A DNA stretch of 43,701 nt, from assembly GCA_008632985.1 (NCBI GenBank), contig QPGO01000355.1, forward strand, positions 1 through 43,701. The letters run 5' to 3'. Under the pieces are notes generated by a model. That model was not told where the DNA came from, did no database searches, and saw only the letters and a list, made by a program, of their open reading frames with translations. The position numbers and the translations under genes were made by a program. Each line of letters starts with the position of its first letter. The first letter of the stretch is position 1. This stretch comes from Psammoneis japonica. Taxonomy: Eukaryota. This document shows, piece after piece, positions 37,490-43,701 of the stretch.

Positions 37490-39060
37490 TTTGCTGGTTC
37501 GTCCCCAAGAGCCCTCAACTGCGTGATGTTCGTCGGCCTGTGGCAGCAGAATGGGTTCTCATGGCAAACTGCCTCCGCATGAAGCCGGGATGTTTGGTTG
37601 TTGACTCCTTTGGATGGCCCATTGCCGTGAAAGGAAAATGGCTGCCTTTCTACAGACAGACATTCTTCCACCTCTTGCATCTTAACATGAAATGATGTCT
37701 TGTTGGCGACACCCATCCGAGGTCTAGAAACCCACCGCATCCTGCCCCACCCCCGTGTGCATTTCTGCCACAAACTACACTCCCTTTTGTGCTATTGCCG
37801 TCAATCCACCCAAGCATCAAGCTTCGAAAGATGAGCGCATTGAGATCCAGAGCGGCAACATTGTGATTTCTGGCAAACCACACAACGAAAACACGCCCTG
37901 GTCATCAACATTGCCTGTTCTGTAAAGAGGCATTGCTTCCATTTCCAACTAGTCCTTCAACATGTGCAACACTGAACCAGCATCTCCCATGTGCTGCCTG
38001 GAATTCAAGAACTGGATCTCCACTGTTCCAGGTTCCAGCATGATGCAAAAACACGAGTCGACCCAAGTGCCGTGCAAGGATGCACCCGAATCAGCCTCAA
38101 TGGGTAGAGACAAATGTTGTCAAATGCAAAAATCTTTGGGTCAGCAGAGTGCAGCTGCATCACATGTATTTGCACCCGGTCAAAACATGATGTTTGACAA
38201 AGGGGAGGGGGTGAGTGTTGCCGGCTTGGATTTTGTCCCATGCAGCAGCACAACACCAACAAGCCCAATGAGCTCCAAGTGGATTTTTTGTTGTGTTTTG
38301 GGAGATTTGACTGACTCCAGTGGTTGAACCAGGAAGTGATGCAGCAACACAGGCATTGAGGGTGCTCTGGAAACTCAGCAGGTCACGACACCTTGCACAG
38401 CTGGCACACCTGCAACTCAGTGGATTGCAGTTGATGCAGAATTTCAAAAAGACACAGCTGGACGCACACATTGTTTCTGCACTAAAAATCATTTGCAAAG
38501 TTGAGAATTGTTGAGCTTGTGCATCTTGTTTTGCCTCCAAGATGATGGACTTGAACGAAGCTCTGTGCTGGTCATCTGCTGCACTCTTGACAAAAAAATT
38601 TGCTTGTTTGTTGCCAGCTTGTTTTCAATCTTTCTGCTCTGCACATTTGTTGCCCTGCTTGCATTGTTGCATTGTCTGCCCTCAGACAGAACACAAACAC
38701 ATCTTCAAGAAAAGAAATCGGCATCGTTGACACGCAATCATGCTGTTTTCCATCATCCCTTGCTTCTTGATGCCCAGAAGGAGCCTGGGGGTCATCAAAA
38801 TCAGAAAGATTCCAATCTGCGCACAAAAGTCAAAGGTTGGCTCAACATTGGCTTCACAGTCAGAGTTGGTGTCAAATCAGCGCATCGGCTCGCTTGAGCT
38901 GGAGACAACGGTGCACTCCCATCCTCTTCATCCTCCTCCATCCAGTGCTCTTTTCGACCAAAAAGGCGAGTGGCAACAAGGGCAGAAAAAAGGCTCAGGA
39001 ACGAACCACCCATGCGCGATGATGCGCGAAAACATTCGGCATCTTGCGCCGCCGAAAACA
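37490..39060. other. Second TpA-depleted island, probably a decayed transposon or gene copy
   Basis: About 10 TpA in ~1.55 kb by eye, between TpA-normal flanks. Fragmentary Cys/His-rich, Tyr-poor ORFs. Family not recognised. Confidence 0.6.
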
Positions 39061-39167
39061 CATTTTATTTCTTGCCCTCCGACAATGATGCAGTGCTAAG
39101 TACAATAGTAGAATCAGCCGCAATGCATTCGAGAATGTTCTTATCCGATCGACAATTATGCAGACGA

Positions 39168-40852
39168 ATGAATGGTTCTTGGGCAGTTCGATTTGTGTTT
39201 TTCCTGATGTTCGCATCTGGATTTTCTCCACCAAGATCACCTCATTTTTTCGACACGTCCTTGAGTGTTACCAGCGAGCAAACAGTGGACGAGAAGCAGA
39301 AACAAGACAATTTTGTCATTACCGACATTCTTCGAATTCCGGATGAGGTTGTTGTTCCGACACTTGCTCCAAAGAATGGTTGCAACGTTGGAAACCGCAC
39401 TTGTCTCCAACTCCCACAAACGTCACTCTGCCCACCTGCCTCGTTTTGATGCAACCCGACCTGTATCCGACAATGTCTCGAGCCAAAAAAGCAATACGAC
39501 GCGGCAAAATTCTATTTCATCCCCCATCCACATCCTTCAATGCCTCTTGTGCCATTCGTGCAAGAGCCGACACGCGAATACACCCCCAAATGTGGATTGC
39601 CAAACGTCAGTATCAACCTTCACGGGGTAATGTGGGATATCGGGGATTGAGTTATGCTAGACCGTGGGGTGTGGGCTTCCTGTTGTTATGAAGATGAACA
39701 AATGGCAATCGGTAGTATAGTTAGAGTGATATCGTTTCTTTTTGTGACATTGCTATACAAGTTTCCATCCTTGCGTCTCACATAGTTGAAAAATTGAAAT
39801 CTCTGAACCCTTACGGTAGTCAATAAACCATCCGGAATGATTGGCTACTCACATACAAAGGGAGGATTTGATAATAACTCTGTCAAACGGTATGTTTTCT
39901 AATGATAATGGATACTGCGAAGCGCTCTTGACTCAAACTATTAACGTTTTGTGTTGTTTTTCATTTTACAGAATTGCACCACACGTCTTGATGCAACCGT
40001 CGGTGGACGACGCCTTGGATTGGCCCGTACCGGTCATCGTCTCGACTTGGCAACTTGTGGCTTGTTGGTGATTGCCAAGACACAATCGGCAGCGGTAAGC
40101 TTGGCCCATCAATTTGCCACTCGCCAAGTCACCAAAACCTATCGTGCCATTTTGAATGGAATACCACAGACAAATAGTAATCATGTCAGCAACGCGTGTA
40201 ACGATGAGTTGACTGCAAAACTCGACATGCAAGACAGTGTGTATGATTGGAATGTGATTGATTATGACATCAATGACAAGCCGGCATTGACTCTTTGGAG
40301 AGAATTGAGCAGATCAAGATGCATGGCGGCCCGCAACAATACTGTGACACTAGTCGAGTTTCGTCCATTCCATGGGCGAAAGCATCAACTAAGGAGACAT
40401 GCAGTGAGTAATGTGTTTTATTTCTAGAGCTTTGGCTCGGTAAGATGTCAACGCATTATAACGCTTCGACTCTTTTCTTATTTTAGGCTGAGGTGCTGAA
40501 ATGCCCAATTGTCGGTGACATGCTATACGACGATGACAGTCAAGGTGCCATTCATATGAGAAAACAAAACGGCAAGAGCATTTATCTTTGTTCCAATGCC
40601 ATTTCACTCGAGCATCCCACGGGAGCCGTCGACGTGGATGCGTCGAGGACGGCAAATTCCACGCTATTCAACAAGGACGGTCGACTGTGGGTTGAAGCAG
40701 AGATCTCTGTACCGAAAAGGTTCGATAAGTTTATCAAACAAGAAGAGAGGCGAATGAACAAGTACGAAAAGTGGATGATGCGTGAGGGATTAGCGTGCTT
40801 ATGGGATGTTTACCAAGTTACAAAAGACTACGATTTTCGGAAAATTGATTAG
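39168..40852 (+). CDS. RluA/RluD-family pseudouridine synthase, probably plastid-targeted; frameshifted as assembled (assembly errors or pseudogene)
   Basis: Motifs YEDEQMAIVNKPSG, HRLDLATCGLLVIAKT, GRKHQLRRH and CPIVGDMLY, plus S4-like TMSRAKKAIRRGKI. Introns 39712-39819, 39890-39971 and 40404-40486 are GT-AG and join these motifs in frame. N-terminus MNGSWAVRFVFFLMFASG/FSP resembles the diatom signal peptide plus ASAF motif. About four -1 frameshifts are needed. Alternative ATGs at 39123 and 39135. Confidence 0.85.
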
Positions 40853-41355
40853 GGAGTTGTTCTGGTGCCTTTGACTCTCCTTTCAACTTTTACTCTATTT
40901 CTAGGTAGACTTAGACTACGAATATCCTTATCTCGCCATTTATAACTTGCGCTAGGGCCTAGATACACCCTACCAGTACACTAGAGCGGGTACCATGACC
41001 GTATGGATTTCCAAAATGTGACGAGACTGATCGCGATTGGAACGAACAGATGGAAGGTCGCGCCAACTCATCCTCATGTTGAGGTCCACTCAGTATGGAT
41101 TCTACGTACGAGTCGATGACGAAGCACTTTGTGCGCAGATACATACGAGAAAACACGTAGATTCTATGCGAACACCGCACTCAAATCTCATTGGCTGTGA
41201 AGCGCTCTCCGTGCAATGCGCGACAAAAACCGACTGCTGCAAGCATGCAACAGAACAAACACGAGACGAGAGACGATCGAAAGTCATCGACAAGGAGGAG
41301 GCTTTGTTCGAAAAGCCGCTTTGCTGCATCTGCGCTTGTTGATGAAGAAGGTCCA

Positions 41356-43701
41356 ATGAATCCGACAAAATCAATGGACGGCAGTGGTGACACTTGTCGG
41401 AGATGTGGGCATCCTGGCAGCGATCTTCGGCTGCTCGGGTGTGGATGCACCCTTCATGTTGTGAGTCTTATTTGACGGCGTACTGTCCATACTGTAGCTT
41501 TTAGCATCATCATCGTGTGCGCCACTACGATATGATGCGTTGATGCTTGTTTCAGGATGAATATGAGTGTTTTGATTTCGTTCTTGGCATTGCCGTTCAT
41601 CGCCATTGTTCCCCTGAAAAAGCGTGAACAACACATACCGCCGAAGTAGATCTCAGTAGCAACCTCGTACAAAATGGGCAGAGTGACGAATGCATTCCGC
41701 GAATCGTGCTTTCTTCCGACCGGATTTATGGAACTTTGGGCCAAAAGTGATATGCAACTCGTGGAAGTTTGTATTTTCGTTAAATAGAGCAAGTGCAGTT
41801 TGGTATGTTGAGGCGTTATTCTGTTTATGGACAGTGACATTGCATCTGTTTTGACTTTGTCTGCACTCGTCATGGGGCAGTAGAGAATGAATTCTTTTAC
41901 TTTGTGACGTCAACGCTTCTTCTTCGTTCAATTCGTCCGTGAACCGCAATCATTGATGAAAAAATAAACCGCTTCCTAACAACTTCCGACATCCTATCGC
42001 TTTTGTACCGTTTTCATTCATAGAAATGCACACCTCTCTCTCTGATTGTTGCAGACAAGAGTCAGGCAGCAGAGTCCTTTGGTGCTATACCTAATCCAGC
42101 CCCACCGAACTCTCGACCATGTCCTATTTGCCACGGCATAGTTTCTAGTATTCACTTGTTCCCGGTATCTTTTTTGGATTTGGACACGGCGATCGATTTA
42201 AGGAAACGTCAAGTCAAGTCGGTCGCTGACCAGGAAGGAGGATCGGGCTCGAAGCGTCCCAGGGAAGACGACATTATGATGGAACAAATTCATGGCGAAT
42301 CATCGTATTTTCTGCTATCGCACACATCTGGCGGTCATGGGCATGGCGATCACCAGTGTCATCGTACAGGACGATGGGCCGCAGAAGAAATCGCGTTTGT
42401 CGATCATTTGGTACAAGGGTTTGACCAGGGTTTGCTTGCTTTGCCGCACGGTGTCAAGCTAAACGAGTTCTTGGGTGATATGCTTGTCTGTAAATCGTCG
42501 AGATTGACCAAGAAGATGAAGAATGCTAAACTCAGCACGCGCTCATACACGATTCGAAATACCCAACCCGCCCTCTCTGGTATCAACGAATATTGCGAGA
42601 CACTCTCTGTGCTACAGCAGCGATTCTTGCAGTCGCTTTCTTCGCGAGCCACGCAGTTGGAGCTTCGATTTAATATGAACAAGCTGTGGAGGACTCACTT
42701 TTCAAATCTGTGTCTACAAGTTGGATACAATGGGTTGGACGCGCGTGACTGGCTCACGAGTTTGGAGGAGATGGAGAACCGTGCCTCCAATGCCGAGGAC
42801 ATGATTCGTAAAGCTAGGCGGCGACGAATGGGCCTAGCTCTGAGAAAGGATGTTGGGCAGGCAGCGAACCCGGGAGTTTTCATTGGGGATATGGAAGCCA
42901 AGGGTGCATCTGCTTTGCTTGGAGATGTCTCGGAGAGCGGTTTTTCAATTCCTGCTCCTGCGACCGTGTCGTCTAGCAGCATCAACCAGGAGAATGGAGA
43001 GTACAATGCGTCTTCCCAGTTCAACGATTCCTCACAGTTTAGCGAAGAAATGGAATCGCTCAACAACTTTTTGGAAATGGGCGATGCAGACGAGCCCAAC
43101 TCCAAACGATCTCGACTTTTCAGTGTGGATATCGGCTTGTCTTTGGATGATTTGGCCGACCCACTTAATCTTATGACCGATATCATGAGCAACTCATCGC
43201 CGGCCAAGGATGCTTGTGGGCCATTCCTTCAGAGCGTCGCTTCCTTTTTGAAAACAGCGAATCTTCCTTTTGAGCATGTGGATGCATGGGTGCCTTCGTA
43301 CGTTTCTTCTGGTCAGGAAACGTCGTCTGTGGGAGCGGGTTCTGAAGGCGAGGGCAAGAAAGAACTGCGACTCTTCCACGCTGGCCATGCCACCAAATCC
43401 GGCGTCGACCCTGTGTTGGCAGGTCAACTCGAAGAGTACGGACACTATAGTACGAACTTCTCTTTTAAACCCGGTGCGGGCCTTCCTGGCCGAGTCTACG
43501 TGTCAGGGCAGCCTCACTGGGAAAACTCCATCCATGAAGCCGATCCCCATATTTTTGAACGTGCCGGGGGCGCAAAGGTGTACGGCGTGAAGGCTGCTCT
43601 GGGTCTTGCGATTGATAGCCCTGATGTTGGACGTGTTGTTGTTGCAATGTACAGCACATTGGATGTGGCAAAGGACCCCTTTGTAATCCAACAGTGCTTG
43701 G
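41356..43701 (+). CDS. RING-like zinc finger + Myb-like domain + NLP-type GAF domain protein (putative transcription regulator), 3' truncated by the window
   Basis: Exon 1 ends at 41460 (CRRC...CGCTLHV; in-frame ATGs at 41245, 41356, 41374). Phase-0 intron 41461-42023 (GTGAGT...CTAAC...CATAG). Exon 2 is open from 42024 to the end: KC...CPIC, RTGRWAAEEIAFVDHLVQGFDQGLLALPHGVKLNEFLGDMLVCKSSRLTKKMK, EHVDAWVP...FSFKPGAGLPGRVYVSGQPHW. Absent from the ORF track because there is no stop in the window. Confidence 0.85.

Noticed and set aside
42404..43691. Minus-strand ORFs (e.g. 42695-43207)
   Set aside because: Antisense shadows of the long + strand exon with recognisable domains.

Overview
Eukaryotic genomic DNA, most likely from a diatom or other stramenopile. 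This is inferred from GT-AG introns, an ASAF-like plastid-targeting motif and a stramenopile-type Myb-like plus NLP-type GAF protein. Positions 1-35.3 kb are a repeat compartment: a CA-rich satellite, all in one orientation, interleaved with repeatedly duplicated modules of decayed coding or mobile-element DNA. It also contains two 447-bp TRIM-type LTR mini-retrotransposons with 4-bp TSDs and an internal tRNA-like Pol III promoter, and a ~1.5-kb TIR-bounded element. From ~35.3 kb the sequence is ordinary gene space with a GT61-like glycosyltransferase, a frameshifted RluA-family pseudouridine synthase and a RING/Myb-like/GAF gene that runs off the end, plus a second decayed island at ~37.5-39.06 kb. 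The most striking signal is that the repeat compartment has almost no TpA dinucleotides (about 1-2 per kb by eye versus tens per kb in the genes), partial CpG loss and a large CpA/TpG excess, with sharp borders. Paralogous copies and sister LTRs differ mostly by TA/CA/TG/CG transitions. This points to a repeat-targeted, RIP-like TpA->TpG/CpA (A:T->G:C) hypermutation process that I do not recognise as described. The many long His/Cys/Thr-rich, Tyr-free ORFs in the track are by-products of losing TAA/TAG/TAY, not genes.
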